DNA from: Candidatus Woesearchaeota archaeon
Lineage (GTDB): Archaea; Nanobdellota; Nanobdellia; Pacearchaeales; GW2011-AR1
Assembly: GCA_964572995.1 (NCBI GenBank)
Contig: CAZNIA010000002.1
Coordinates: 1 to 48,568, forward strand
DNA: 48,568 nucleotides
Reading direction: 5' to 3'
Shown piece by piece: positions 34,691 through 43,504 of this stretch. The first letter of the stretch is position 1, and each line of letters begins with the position of its first letter. The notes under the pieces are model-generated. The model ran no database searches and had not been told where the DNA came from. It worked only from the letters and a program-made list of their open reading frames with translations. A program made the translations under genes and the position numbers.

Positions 34691-34782
34691 AGCCCCATAG
34701 TACAGTGGTCAAGTATACGGCCCTTTGGAGTTTACATAAATGAAGAGAGGCCGGGACCCAGGTTCGAATCCTGGTGGGGCTA
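34691..34782 (+). tRNA. tRNA-Gln(UUG) with a 19-nt intron after position 37
   Basis: Hand fold. Acceptor AGCCCCA/TGGGGCT. D arm GTAC..GTAT. Anticodon stem CGGCC/GGCCG with loop CT-TTG-G. Intron 34729-34747. T arm CCAGG-TTCGAAT-CCTGG. Discriminator A. Confidence 0.8.
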
Positions 34783-34795
34783 TTCTAGTTTTTGT

Positions 34796-35743
34796 TTAAT
34801 TGACCTTTATTCTTCTAAATATAAAATACATAATTGCAGAGATAACCAACATTATAGCTAAAATTCCAATCCAGCTGTTGGGGCTGTTTTCTAAAGGGAG
34901 TTTTATATTCATTCCATAAAAACCTGTTACAATTGTTATTGGCATCATTATAGCCATTATCATTGTGAGAATTTTCATTGTTTCATTTAATCTATTTGAA
35001 GTGATTGTTTGATATGCATTTCTCATACCATTTATTCTTCCTAACATGCTTCTTAATGATTCAGTTGTTTTGAAAGAATGATCATATACATCTCTGAAAT
35101 AAGGTATTAATTCATTGTCAATGTAATTGTCTCTTGTTTTTGTGAGATTAAGACATAAATCTGTGAGAGATTCCATTACTTGCCTCATTTCAAGAAGAGT
35201 GAGTTCTTTTTCAAATAAATCATCTAATACTTCTTTTCCTTTGTTGCTTATAAAATCCTTTTCAAGTTGTTTGAATTCTTCGAGTAAAAGAGATTTTAAT
35301 TGCATATATTTATCTATTTCTTTATCTAAAATATGATGAAAAACATGCCCTGGTCCTTTTTTCATTAATGTTTCAATTTTCTTTTGATTGCTTAAAAGAG
35401 AATCAATTGTTTCATTTAATTCAAAATGGGAGGTTATTAAATAATTTTCACCAAGTATAAAAGAGAGATTGTATGTTTTAATATTCGCGGCTTCGAAACC
35501 TTTTATACCGTGGATGATTATTGCAGTATTTTCTTCAAATTCTTCGTATTTTGTTCTTGTTTGATTTGAAAGGATATCTTCTTCTGTTGTTGGATGAATA
35601 TCAAATTTTTCTTTTATTGATTCCATTTCATTTAGGTTAGAACAAGATAAGTCTACCCAATAATTCGTTTTTCTTTCTTTTTTTATTTCTTCAGCATTTA
35701 TTTCTTTTAGTTTGTTTTTGGAGAAAGAAAAAATTTTAATCAT
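34796..35743 (-). CDS. corA: CorA-family magnesium transporter
   Basis: A YGMN motif (FYGMNIKLP) lies between two C-terminal TM helices, after a large cytoplasmic N-domain. Confidence 0.85.
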   Translation of the reverse strand: MIKIFSFSKNKLKEINAEEIKKERKTNYWVDLSCSNLNEMESIKEKFDIHPTTEEDILSNQTRTKYEEFEENTAIIIHGIKGFEAANIKTYNLSFILGENYLITSHFELNETIDSLLSNQKKIETLMKKGPGHVFHHILDKEIDKYMQLKSLLLEEFKQLEKDFISNKGKEVLDDLFEKELTLLEMRQVMESLTDLCLNLTKTRDNYIDNELIPYFRDVYDHSFKTTESLRSMLGRINGMRNAYQTITSNRLNETMKILTMIMAIMMPITIVTGFYGMNIKLPLENSPNSWIGILAIMLVISAIMYFIFRRIKVN

Positions 35744-35800
35744 AAGGATATTATCTATATATCTTATTTAAATTTTTTTAGAATGATTTTATGTTATTTT

Positions 35801-36409
35801 TTAATGCCTGTAACGCCCTCTTCTTTCAACAGCAATCATTCTTTCAAATATTTTCTTGGATTCTGGATTGTTTTTTGAATATGATTTTTTGAATTCTTCA
35901 AATAATTCTTTCCAATGTTTGAAGTGTTTTGCCTCTAAAGCTTGTTTTAAGAGGTGTATATCTACTGCTTTGTCTTCTACTTTTTTAGAGATATATCCAA
36001 GACCGAAATCTATTAAATGAATATCATTATCTTTTAAAATCATATTGCTTGTTGTTAAATCCCCATGGATAACATCTGACTGGTGTAATTTAGATATAGA
36101 TTCTCCAATTTTGTTAAGGATGTTTTTTTGCTTATCAAAAGAAAAAGTATTCAGAGAGTCAGAAAGTTTTTCTCCTTTTATGTAATTCATAATTATCTTG
36201 TTTTCTTCTTTTGACTTTTCAGGAGAAGAGCTTGAGATAATTTTGCTTGCTTTTTCAAGAAGTTTAGTTTCTGCCTTGGTTCTCTGTTTTATTATCTTTT
36301 TATCTATTTCAGGTATTCTATAAGATTTGGATATTCTGTCTTTTATTATTTTATTGTTTTTTTCATCTAAAAATATCTTTGCTTCTGCTCCTTGTTGTAT
36401 TAATCTCAT
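35801..36409 (-). CDS. bud32: Bud32/PRPK-type small atypical kinase (KEOPS subunit), stand-alone
   Basis: 202 aa. GAEAKIF, VIHGDLTTSNMIL, LIDFGLG. Confidence 0.75.
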   Translation of the reverse strand: MRLIQQGAEAKIFLDEKNNKIIKDRISKSYRIPEIDKKIIKQRTKAETKLLEKASKIISSSSPEKSKEENKIIMNYIKGEKLSDSLNTFSFDKQKNILNKIGESISKLHQSDVIHGDLTTSNMILKDNDIHLIDFGLGYISKKVEDKAVDIHLLKQALEAKHFKHWKELFEEFKKSYSKNNPESKKIFERMIAVERRGRYRH

Positions 36410-36498
36410 TTAACTTTTAGTTTTTTTGATGTTTTAAGTTTTACCTTCTTCTTTATTTTCATATAAATATTTTTATACTCTTTTTTGATCCTTTTTTT

Positions 36499-37200
36499 AT
36501 GAAATTTAAGGATATTTTCCTTGCAGGAGCGCTTCTTTTTTCAAGCATATCCCCTACTTTTTCTCAAAATAAGCTTGAATTTGAGATATCTAGTGATCGT
36601 AAGGGGCTTTCTGGATTTATTGCAAACAACAGTTCTCTTTGTTTAAACTCTGAAAAAATTAATTTTTCATTTTTGCATGGGCTTTATTCTATGGAGTTTG
36701 AAAAAATAAATGATTCTACTTATAAAGAGATTGTTAAGAATAATTTTTTTTTGAAACCAAGTAATGAAGTTTTTTACTATTCACTTAAAAATTCATGCTA
36801 TACTCTTGAGGAGTATTTTGCTGAAAGAGGAAAATCAAGAGAGGAAAAAGAGATATTAGAAGGAATAATGTTTGATAAGAAATATAAAACTTTTCCAGAA
36901 CTATTTGGTAATTTTGAAAAAGGACTTTTAGAAGACAGTCTTCATTGTATTGTCCTTGGTTTACCTTATTCAGTTAAGATTGAGAAGAGCTTTGAAAATA
37001 ACAAGATAATTTATTCTTGCAGTCTTAATGGGATTATAAAAAGAGAGGAAGGAGATTTTATTTTATTTCCTTATCCTGTAGAAATTCAAGCTGAGAAAAA
37101 AGGGGAAATATTAACTCCCATTAATTTTTCTACAAGATATTTGAATGTTAAAAACGGGAAAGATACTACAATTGAAGGAGAATTGATTGGGGAAAATTAA
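36499..37200 (+). CDS. secreted hypothetical protein
   Basis: N-terminal signal-like MKFKDIFLAGALLFSSISPTFSQ. Confidence 0.5.
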   Translation: MKFKDIFLAGALLFSSISPTFSQNKLEFEISSDRKGLSGFIANNSSLCLNSEKINFSFLHGLYSMEFEKINDSTYKEIVKNNFFLKPSNEVFYYSLKNSCYTLEEYFAERGKSREEKEILEGIMFDKKYKTFPELFGNFEKGLLEDSLHCIVLGLPYSVKIEKSFENNKIIYSCSLNGIIKREEGDFILFPYPVEIQAEKKGEILTPINFSTRYLNVKNGKDTTIEGELIGEN

Positions 37201-37619
37201 TCAAGATGATCGCTTAGTGACGCAAATCTAGCCTCTATTTTTTTCCTATTAAATTTTCTTTGGGCTTCTTTAAATTTTTCAAATGAAATAACTTTACCTT
37301 CTTTTTCAGAGTTGGCAAGATTTATATTTTTATTAATAATTAATGGCTCATTAAAATAATCTCCATACGCTTTTGAAGTAATATGATTTTTTAATTCATT
37401 ATTTGCTTTGGATAAACTTTCTATAGATAATTTTCTTAAAATGCTGTCTTCAGGTATATCTTTAAATAAATTTATTTTTAAGTCTCCTGTAAAATCAATC
37501 TTCTCACATCCCCTAAGTTCCTCATAGATTGTTAAATCTTTTTCATAATTTCTACAATAGCTGTTTTTAGAATCGTATTTTTTACAGTAATTGCATGCTG
37601 AAATTTCTCTCCATTTCAT
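37197..37619 (-). CDS. hypothetical protein with an N-terminal Cys cluster (CxxC-x9-C-x16-C)
   Basis: ACNYCKKYDSKNSYCRNYEKDLTIYEELRGCEK. Its ATG overlaps the stop of the VKOR-like gene. Confidence 0.5.
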   Translation of the reverse strand: MKWREISACNYCKKYDSKNSYCRNYEKDLTIYEELRGCEKIDFTGDLKINLFKDIPEDSILRKLSIESLSKANNELKNHITSKAYGDYFNEPLIINKNINLANSEKEGKVISFEKFKEAQRKFNRKKIEARFASLSDHLD

Positions 37620-38023
37620 TTTTCTTTCCAGAACGTCATTATACCCAGATTAATTAACATTCCAATGTCTATTACCATACAATATTTGCATAACGCATCA
37701 ATCACAAAGAATTGAATGTACAAAAAGTATAGTGCAAATATTGTTCCGCCAATTATCCCTAATTTGATAATTTGCTTTTTCTTTTTTGTCGGTTGTTTTA
37801 GATGTAAGAATATCAGTGTAGCCATTATAGAAAAAGCAACTAATCCCATGTGGGCATTTTTTATTCCAAAAGTTGTTTCATATTGCGAGGTTTGAACAGC
37901 ATAACAAGTTGTTTGGATTCCTCCGCAAGCTTCTTCAACAGATACAAAGGTTAATATTCCAGAGCAGATGAATGCAATTATAAAGATTGTTAAAAGTAGA
38001 ATGTACTTTGCTTTGTTTTTCAT
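37616..38023 (-). CDS. vitamin K epoxide reductase (VKOR)-family membrane oxidoreductase
   Basis: 4 TM helices. Loop cysteines CGGIQTTC are followed by VQTSQYETTFGIKNAHMG (VKOR pattern C-x6-C...S-x-Y-x...G-I-x-x-A). CKYC (CxxC) lies in the last helix. Confidence 0.6.
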   Translation of the reverse strand: MKNKAKYILLLTIFIIAFICSGILTFVSVEEACGGIQTTCYAVQTSQYETTFGIKNAHMGLVAFSIMATLIFLHLKQPTKKKKQIIKLGIIGGTIFALYFLYIQFFVIDALCKYCMVIDIGMLINLGIMTFWKEK

Positions 38024-38062
38024 TGGATTAATTGAAAGAATTGGTATTTAAGGGTTTTTATT

Positions 38063-39445
38063 TTATCTAAACTTCATCATCTTTTTCTTTCCAAACTTCT
38101 TCATCATCTTTTGCATTTGTTTTTGGGAGAAACCTTTGGACATATCCATATCACTCATCCCTCCTTTAACTAAATCTTGAAGCATTTTGTATTGTTTAAG
38201 AAGAGCTCGAATATCGCTATTATTTACTCCTGCACCTTTTGCAACTCTTCCTATTCTTGAGGTTTGCTTATCAAATAGGTCTGGATTGTCACGTTCTTCT
38301 TTTGTCATTGATTTAAGTATATGTTCCCATTTTGCAATTTTTTCTTGTTGGGATTCAAGCATATCTTCTGGTATTTTTGCTTTTCCTAAGCCTGGAATCA
38401 TACTTTTTATTTTATCGAATCCTCCTATTTGGTTCATTGATTTTACTTGTTCAATTACATCTTCGAGAGATAGCTTTCCTTCTTCAAGTTTTTTTTGCAT
38501 TTTCTCTTGCTGGTCTTCATCTGTAACAGAACGTATTTTTTCTATTAATGCTTGTAAATCACCCATACCTAAGAGTCTTGAAAGGAAATTTTCTGGATTG
38601 AATTCTTCTATATCATTTATTTTTTCACCAGTAGTTATGTAATATACTCCGGCTTTTGTTTCTGCACATGCTGTTAATGCTCCTCCTCCTTTTGCAGTGG
38701 AATCCATTCTAGTAATTATAACTCCAGAAATTTTTAGTGCTTCTTGAAATTCACTTGCTTGTTTTTTAGCAGCTTGTCCTATGTCTGCAGGCATAACTAG
38801 AATGGTCTCTGTTGGCTTTATTTCTTTGTTTAATTCTTTTATTTCTTTAATGAGTTCTTTATCAAGAGTATGACGTCCAGCAGTATCAATTAAAATTAAA
38901 TCATATTTTTTCAAGTCATATTTCTTCTCGAATTTTTTCCAAGTTTTTACAGCGTCTGTTTCATCGAAGTCTATAAAATAGGGCACATTATTTTTCTTAC
39001 CTAGTTGTTCTAACTGTTCTTTTGCAGCAGGTCTGTGAACATCTAAACCCACCATTATCACTTTTTTTCCTCTTTTAGAATACCAATTTCCAAGTTTGGC
39101 TATTGTTGTTGTTTTTCCTGCACCATACAACCCCAAGAAAATTATTCTTGATTGTTTACCTGAAGGTAATTCAAGGGTTTTATGCTCTCCAAGTATTTTA
39201 ACTAACTCATCATGCAAAAGTTTAATTATATGCTCTTTTTTTTCAATTTCTTTTATTCTTTCATCATAAGCCGCTTTCTTTATTTTATCGGATATTTCTT
39301 TTACAAGAAGGATATTTACATCTGCTTCAATTAGTGCTCTTTGTAAGTCCTTAACTACACTTTCTACGACATTTTTGTCTAAAAACAAGGCATTCGCTAG
39401 CTTATCTCTTGCTTTTCTTAGTGCTTCTCCAAGCTTTTCTAGCAT
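38063..39445 (-). CDS. srp54: signal recognition particle protein SRP54
   Basis: NG domain motifs GLYGAGKTTT, DTAGR, TRMDSTAKGG. Met-rich M domain at the C-terminus. Confidence 0.92.
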   Translation of the reverse strand: MLEKLGEALRKARDKLANALFLDKNVVESVVKDLQRALIEADVNILLVKEISDKIKKAAYDERIKEIEKKEHIIKLLHDELVKILGEHKTLELPSGKQSRIIFLGLYGAGKTTTIAKLGNWYSKRGKKVIMVGLDVHRPAAKEQLEQLGKKNNVPYFIDFDETDAVKTWKKFEKKYDLKKYDLILIDTAGRHTLDKELIKEIKELNKEIKPTETILVMPADIGQAAKKQASEFQEALKISGVIITRMDSTAKGGGALTACAETKAGVYYITTGEKINDIEEFNPENFLSRLLGMGDLQALIEKIRSVTDEDQQEKMQKKLEEGKLSLEDVIEQVKSMNQIGGFDKIKSMIPGLGKAKIPEDMLESQQEKIAKWEHILKSMTKEERDNPDLFDKQTSRIGRVAKGAGVNNSDIRALLKQYKMLQDLVKGGMSDMDMSKGFSQKQMQKMMKKFGKKKMMKFR

Positions 39446-39507
39446 AGAAAAAATAGCAAGTTATAGGTTAATAAAGTTTGGGTTTATAAGCTAAGTAAGG
39501 ATTTAAT

Positions 39508-39588
39508 GCCGTAATGGGACAATGGTACTCCACACGATTGGAAATCGTGATCCGAAAGGATTTCCAGGTTCGATTCCTGGTTACGGCG
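39508..39588 (+). tRNA. tRNA-Ser(GGA)
   Basis: Hand fold. Acceptor GCCGTAA/TTACGGC. Anticodon stem CACGA/TCGTG with loop TT-GGA-AA. Long variable arm TCC-GAAA-GGA. T arm CCAGG-TTCGATT-CCTGG. Discriminator G. Confidence 0.8.
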
Positions 39589-39597
39589 TTCTTTTTT
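39589..39597 (+). terminator. oligo-T tract after tRNA-Ser
   Basis: TTCTTTTTT follows the discriminator base directly. Archaeal termination commonly uses T-tracts. Confidence 0.35.
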
Positions 39598-39702
39598 GAT
39601 TGTTTTTATTTTAGTAGTAACTTCATCATAGTAACATTAGTAAGATTTATAAAGAGTTGAAAGGTAGTGAAAATATCTTAAAATGCAGGATTATTGAACA
39701 GA

Positions 39703-40161
39703 ATGAACAAGATTATTTCCATTTTATTATCTGTTTTACTTTTAAGTGCAGGAATATTTTTCTTGATTAGGGGACAGGAAGAAAGTGAAAATAAAGATGT
39801 TTTAACTGGGGAAGTTGTTTTAACGGAGGATATTCTTCCAGAGTTTTCTGAAGAGGTTTTAATTGATGTTGAAGAGGGAATTAAGAGTTATACTAATTAC
39901 TACAGAGAATTTGAATTAAATGATTCTTATAAAATATCTGCTTTTTTTTCTTCAACCAACCCTGTTGATTATGTAATTATACCAGAAGATGAATTAAAAA
40001 ATTATATCTTGAAAAACCTTTCTTTTGAATATTCTGTTTTAGAGGATATTTCTTTTAGTGAAGAAGAATATAATTTTAATTCTGGTAAATATATTGTGAT
40101 TGTTGCTACTTCTGATATGCCCGTTGAAATAGATTTAGAAATTAAATCTGTTAAATTATAA
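39703..40161 (+). CDS. secreted/anchored hypothetical protein
   Basis: MNKIISILLSVLLLSAGIFFLI is an N-terminal hydrophobic helix. The track start at 39694 is a TTG. Confidence 0.5.
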   Translation: MNKIISILLSVLLLSAGIFFLIRGQEESENKDVLTGEVVLTEDILPEFSEEVLIDVEEGIKSYTNYYREFELNDSYKISAFFSSTNPVDYVIIPEDELKNYILKNLSFEYSVLEDISFSEEEYNFNSGKYIVIVATSDMPVEIDLEIKSVKL

Positions 40162-41406
40162 TCCTAAGCTTTCAACAAATTTATTTTTATCGAATTTTTG
40201 TAAATCTTTGTATTCTTGCCCAACTCCAAGATAAAGTATTGGTTTTTCTGTAGTATATCCCACAGAGAGTGCTGTTCCGCCTTTTTCATCTATATCTGCT
40301 TTGCTTAATATTATTCCATCTATCTTAACAGATTGATTGAATGTTTTTATTTGTTCAATAATATCGTTACCTGTGATACTTTCACCCACAAATATTTTTG
40401 TATCTGGATTACAAACCTTTGCTATTTTTTCTACTTGAGCCATTAAGTTTTTTTCAGTGTGCATTCTTCCAGCAGTATCAATTAAAACTACATCTATGTG
40501 GTTTTTCTCAGCATATTTTATTGCATCAAATCCCACTGAGGCAGGGTCTGAACCATATTCATGTGCTATAACTTCTATGTTTAGTTTACTTCCATGTTTT
40601 TTTAATTGCTCAATTGAAGCAGCTCTGAATGTATCTCCTGCAGCAAAAACACAAGATATTTTCTTTTCTTTTAGCATATTTCCAAATTTAGCAATGCTGG
40701 TTGTTTTTCCTGTTCCATTTATACCACAGAACAAAATGACATATGGTTTATTCTCTGAAAGTTTTTTATCTTTTATTTTCTCAATTAAATCAAAAGGTTC
40801 TATAAGTATTTTGTAAATTATATCTTTAAGAGATTCTTTTATTTGTCCCTCTATTTCTTTTTTAAGAAATTCCTTCCCAACTATACTTTCTTTTAATTGT
40901 TCTATTATTCTATCAGATACTTCTAATGCTACATTATTTTCTAAAAGAATCATTTCCAACTCTTCTTTGTAAGCTTCAAATTCTTCTTCAGATATTTTTA
41001 CTTTGTTTATTCCTGAAAATATTTTTTTGAAAAAACCTTTCTTTTCCTCTTCTTCTATTTTTATGTCTTGTATTACTTTCTCACTTATTTCCCTTTCTTC
41101 TTTATTGAATGTTTTTGGAGCAGGTTCAATGTACTCATGTTCTTCTATTGATTTTATTTGTTGTTTTGCCTCTTCCTTTTGTTGAATTTCTTGAATTATT
41201 TCTTTAGCTTGCTTTTCTGGTTTCTTTGATTGTTTCTTGTCTTTTTTTTGTTCTTGAATTTTCTCTTTTTTTTCTTTAGCTTGCTTTTCTGGTTTCTTTG
41301 ATTTCTCTTTCTTTTTTTTAACTTCTTCTTCAACTTCTTCTACTACTGCTTTTTTTATTAAGCCCTGAGTCCAGTTTTTGAGTTTTTCTTTAAGTTTTCC
41401 AAACAT
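40156..41406 (-). CDS. ftsY: SRP receptor FtsY with a repetitive Lys/Glu-rich N-terminal region
   Basis: NG domain GINGTGKTTSIAK, DTAGR, SKADIDEKGG. The N-terminal K/E-rich region contains the duplicated SKKPEKQAKE. Confidence 0.9.
   Translation of the reverse strand: MFGKLKEKLKNWTQGLIKKAVVEEVEEEVKKKKEKSKKPEKQAKEKKEKIQEQKKDKKQSKKPEKQAKEIIQEIQQKEEAKQQIKSIEEHEYIEPAPKTFNKEEREISEKVIQDIKIEEEEKKGFFKKIFSGINKVKISEEEFEAYKEELEMILLENNVALEVSDRIIEQLKESIVGKEFLKKEIEGQIKESLKDIIYKILIEPFDLIEKIKDKKLSENKPYVILFCGINGTGKTTSIAKFGNMLKEKKISCVFAAGDTFRAASIEQLKKHGSKLNIEVIAHEYGSDPASVGFDAIKYAEKNHIDVVLIDTAGRMHTEKNLMAQVEKIAKVCNPDTKIFVGESITGNDIIEQIKTFNQSVKIDGIILSKADIDEKGGTALSVGYTTEKPILYLGVGQEYKDLQKFDKNKFVESLGL
41201..41302. 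repeat. 30-nt direct repeat (2 copies, 72-nt period) inside ftsY
   Basis: TCTTTAGCTTGCTTTTCTGGTTTCTTTGAT occurs at 41201-41230 and 41273-41302. It encodes the repeated SKKPEKQAKE. Confidence 0.8.
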
Positions 41407-41480
41407 ATTTTTAGAAGTAGATATTTAGTTATTAAGGTTTTGGTTTGGGGTATTTTATAGAGACAACAAGCTAATCCAAA

Positions 41481-41490
41481 TTTTTATAAA
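41481..41490 (+). promoter_or_regulatory. TATA-box-like element
   Basis: TTTTTATAAA is centred about 28 nt upstream of the ATG at 41514. Confidence 0.35.
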
Positions 41491-41513
41491 GAAAAGGAGC
41501 TTTATTTTAAGAT

Positions 41514-42758
41514 ATGAAAGGGATATTCGTGATATTGGATGGTTTAGGTGATTTGCCCAACAAAATGCTTAATGATATGACTCCTTTAGAGGCTGCTCAA
41601 ACACCTAATCTTGACTTTTTAGCAGCCAGAGGACAATTAGGATATGTTTATACTGTTAAACCCGGATTTGTTCCAGAATCGGATGAAGCAATAGTTTCTC
41701 TTTTTGGGAATGAATTAATCTCGAGTACAAGAGGACAATTAGAAGCAAGGGGAAGTGAATTGAAATTAACGAGAGGAGATTTAGCATTCAGAGTTAATTT
41801 TGGAACAATAGATTCTTTGGAAAAAGGAAACATCTTGGATAGAAGAGCTGGAAGAACCTTAACAACTTATGAAGCTAATCAGCTTGCAAAAGCATTAAAT
41901 AAAATAAAAATGCCTCGAGAATTTATTTTTAAGCCAACTATTCAACATAGGGCTTCTTTGGTTTTTAGAGGAGGATTTTCAGATAATGTTTCTGGGAATG
42001 ATTCTACATATATGGATGGTATGAATCTTGTTTCTAATCGGATTGTGAAATGTAAGCCATTGGATGAAGATGAGAATTCTCAGTATACAGCCAATATTGT
42101 AAATGAATTTTTAGAGAAAGCTTTTGTTGTTTTGAATACTCATCCTATTAATATAGATAGAGTTAAAAGAGGATTGTTGCCTGCAAATTTTTTGCTGGTA
42201 AGAGGAGCAGGGATTGAACCTCCTAAACTTAAACAATACAAGAAATGGGTTTCTGCAAATTATATGCCTTTGGAAATAGGATTTTCAAATGCATGTGGAA
42301 TGAAAAATTATGCTTTTGATTATCCTGAGTTAACTGGAATTGATGCATATGAAAATTTATGGAAAGGACTTAGGAAAGCATGCAAACATTCTGCAAATGT
42401 AATTAAAAAAAATCTTAAGAGAGCGGATTATGCATATATTCATATTAAAGAAACAGATTTGCCTGGACATGATAATAGGCCTGTTGAAAAGAAATTAATG
42501 ATCGAGTATATTGATATAACTTTATTTAAGTATTTGAGAAGTATTGCTCCTCAGAATAAAATAAAGATACTTGTTACAGGAGATCATTCAACTCCTTGTA
42601 AATTAAAAGGGCATTCTGCTGATCCTGTTCCTGTTTTATTTTATAATTGTGGAGAAGTTCCTGTTGCAAAGAAATTTTGTGAAAATGAATGTAGAAAAGG
42701 AGACTTGGGTAAAATTATCGGCCCAGAAATTTTAAAGAAAGTTGGATTTGTTAAGTGA
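41514..42758 (+). CDS. apgM: archaeal-type cofactor-independent phosphoglycerate mutase (ApgM family)
   Basis: N-terminal FVILDGLGDLP and C-terminal VTGDHSTP are the alkaline-phosphatase-superfamily metal-site motifs typical of aPGM. ~410 aa. Confidence 0.7.
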   Translation: MKGIFVILDGLGDLPNKMLNDMTPLEAAQTPNLDFLAARGQLGYVYTVKPGFVPESDEAIVSLFGNELISSTRGQLEARGSELKLTRGDLAFRVNFGTIDSLEKGNILDRRAGRTLTTYEANQLAKALNKIKMPREFIFKPTIQHRASLVFRGGFSDNVSGNDSTYMDGMNLVSNRIVKCKPLDEDENSQYTANIVNEFLEKAFVVLNTHPINIDRVKRGLLPANFLLVRGAGIEPPKLKQYKKWVSANYMPLEIGFSNACGMKNYAFDYPELTGIDAYENLWKGLRKACKHSANVIKKNLKRADYAYIHIKETDLPGHDNRPVEKKLMIEYIDITLFKYLRSIAPQNKIKILVTGDHSTPCKLKGHSADPVPVLFYNCGEVPVAKKFCENECRKGDLGKIIGPEILKKVGFVK

Positions 42759-43067
42759 AGGTACTTTTAGATAATTTACCTCAATAAATTTCCCCTCTTT
42801 TGTTTTATAGATTCTAAATCCAAAATTTTCATTTTTAATATATAATTTTGTTTCAAGTTCTGATTCTTGTTTTAATGGATTTATTTCAATTATCTTTTCT
42901 TTTTTTCTTTCAGGAGAGATTTCAATCCCATCTTTAAGAATTCTTTCAGAGATTAGTATTGGGCCTTTACTTATTTTAATTGAATATTCTTTTATGAATT
43001 TTTCATATAGCTCTTTTAAAGAGAAATTTTGATTAATGTCAAAGGAATAAATGACTTTTTGTTCCAT
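42732..43067 (-). CDS. hypothetical protein
   Basis: 111-aa ORF. Its 3' end overlaps the apgM 3' end convergently by 27 nt. Confidence 0.4.
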   Translation of the reverse strand: MEQKVIYSFDINQNFSLKELYEKFIKEYSIKISKGPILISERILKDGIEISPERKKEKIIEINPLKQESELETKLYIKNENFGFRIYKTKEGKFIEVNYLKVPSLNKSNFL

Positions 43068-43118
43068 ATAAATTAGATATTCTTTATTATTTTAAGAATT
43101 ATTGTTCTTTGAAATACA

Positions 43119-43185
43119 TTTACACTTGTGCTTGCCGTTAGTTTTCTATTTTGTTTGTTTTGTGTACAAACTAGCAAAGTGTAAA
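43119..43185. other. long imperfect hairpin downstream of the P1 gene
   Basis: TTTACACTT(G)TGCT (43119-43132) pairs with AGCAAAGTGTAAA (43173-43185). An inner stem GTTTGT/ACAAAC lies at 43153-43171. Confidence 0.4.
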
Positions 43186-43215
43186 GGGCTTAGTTACTTT
43201 TTAAAAAATTCAAAA

Positions 43216-43503
43216 TTAACCGAATAGTGCACTAAGACCCTCTGCTGCAGCTTCGTGTTTCTCTTCTTTAGGTGCTTCTTCCTTCTTTGCTTCAGCAGGA
43301 GCTGAGCTAGCAGGAGCAGCAGCAACTAAACTAGCATTAGCCAATTCATTTGCTATATCCACACCATTCAAACTAGCGACAAGCGATTTGATTTTTGAAT
43401 CATCTGCATGTGCGCCAGCAGCTACAACAACACTTTTTATGTTAGCTTCACTAACTTCTTTTCCAAGTTTGTGCAACAAAAGTGCCGCATATATGTATTC
43501 CAT
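43216..43503 (-). CDS. rpl12: ribosomal stalk protein P1 (aL12)
   Basis: [11 protein letters not shown]... followed by an Ala/Glu-rich hinge and a C-terminal EGLSALFG. Confidence 0.92.
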   Translation of the reverse strand: MEYIYAALLLHKLGKEVSEANIKSVVVAAGAHADDSKIKSLVASLNGVDIANELANASLVAAAPASSAPAEAKKEEAPKEEKHEAAAEGLSALFG

Positions 43504-43504
43504 T

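Noticed and set aside
34651-39700. Genomic island or integrated element bounded by the two tRNA genes
   Set aside because: There is no integrase or transposase, I could not spot any duplicated tRNA 3' fragment, and the content is housekeeping (CorA, Bud32, VKOR, SRP54).
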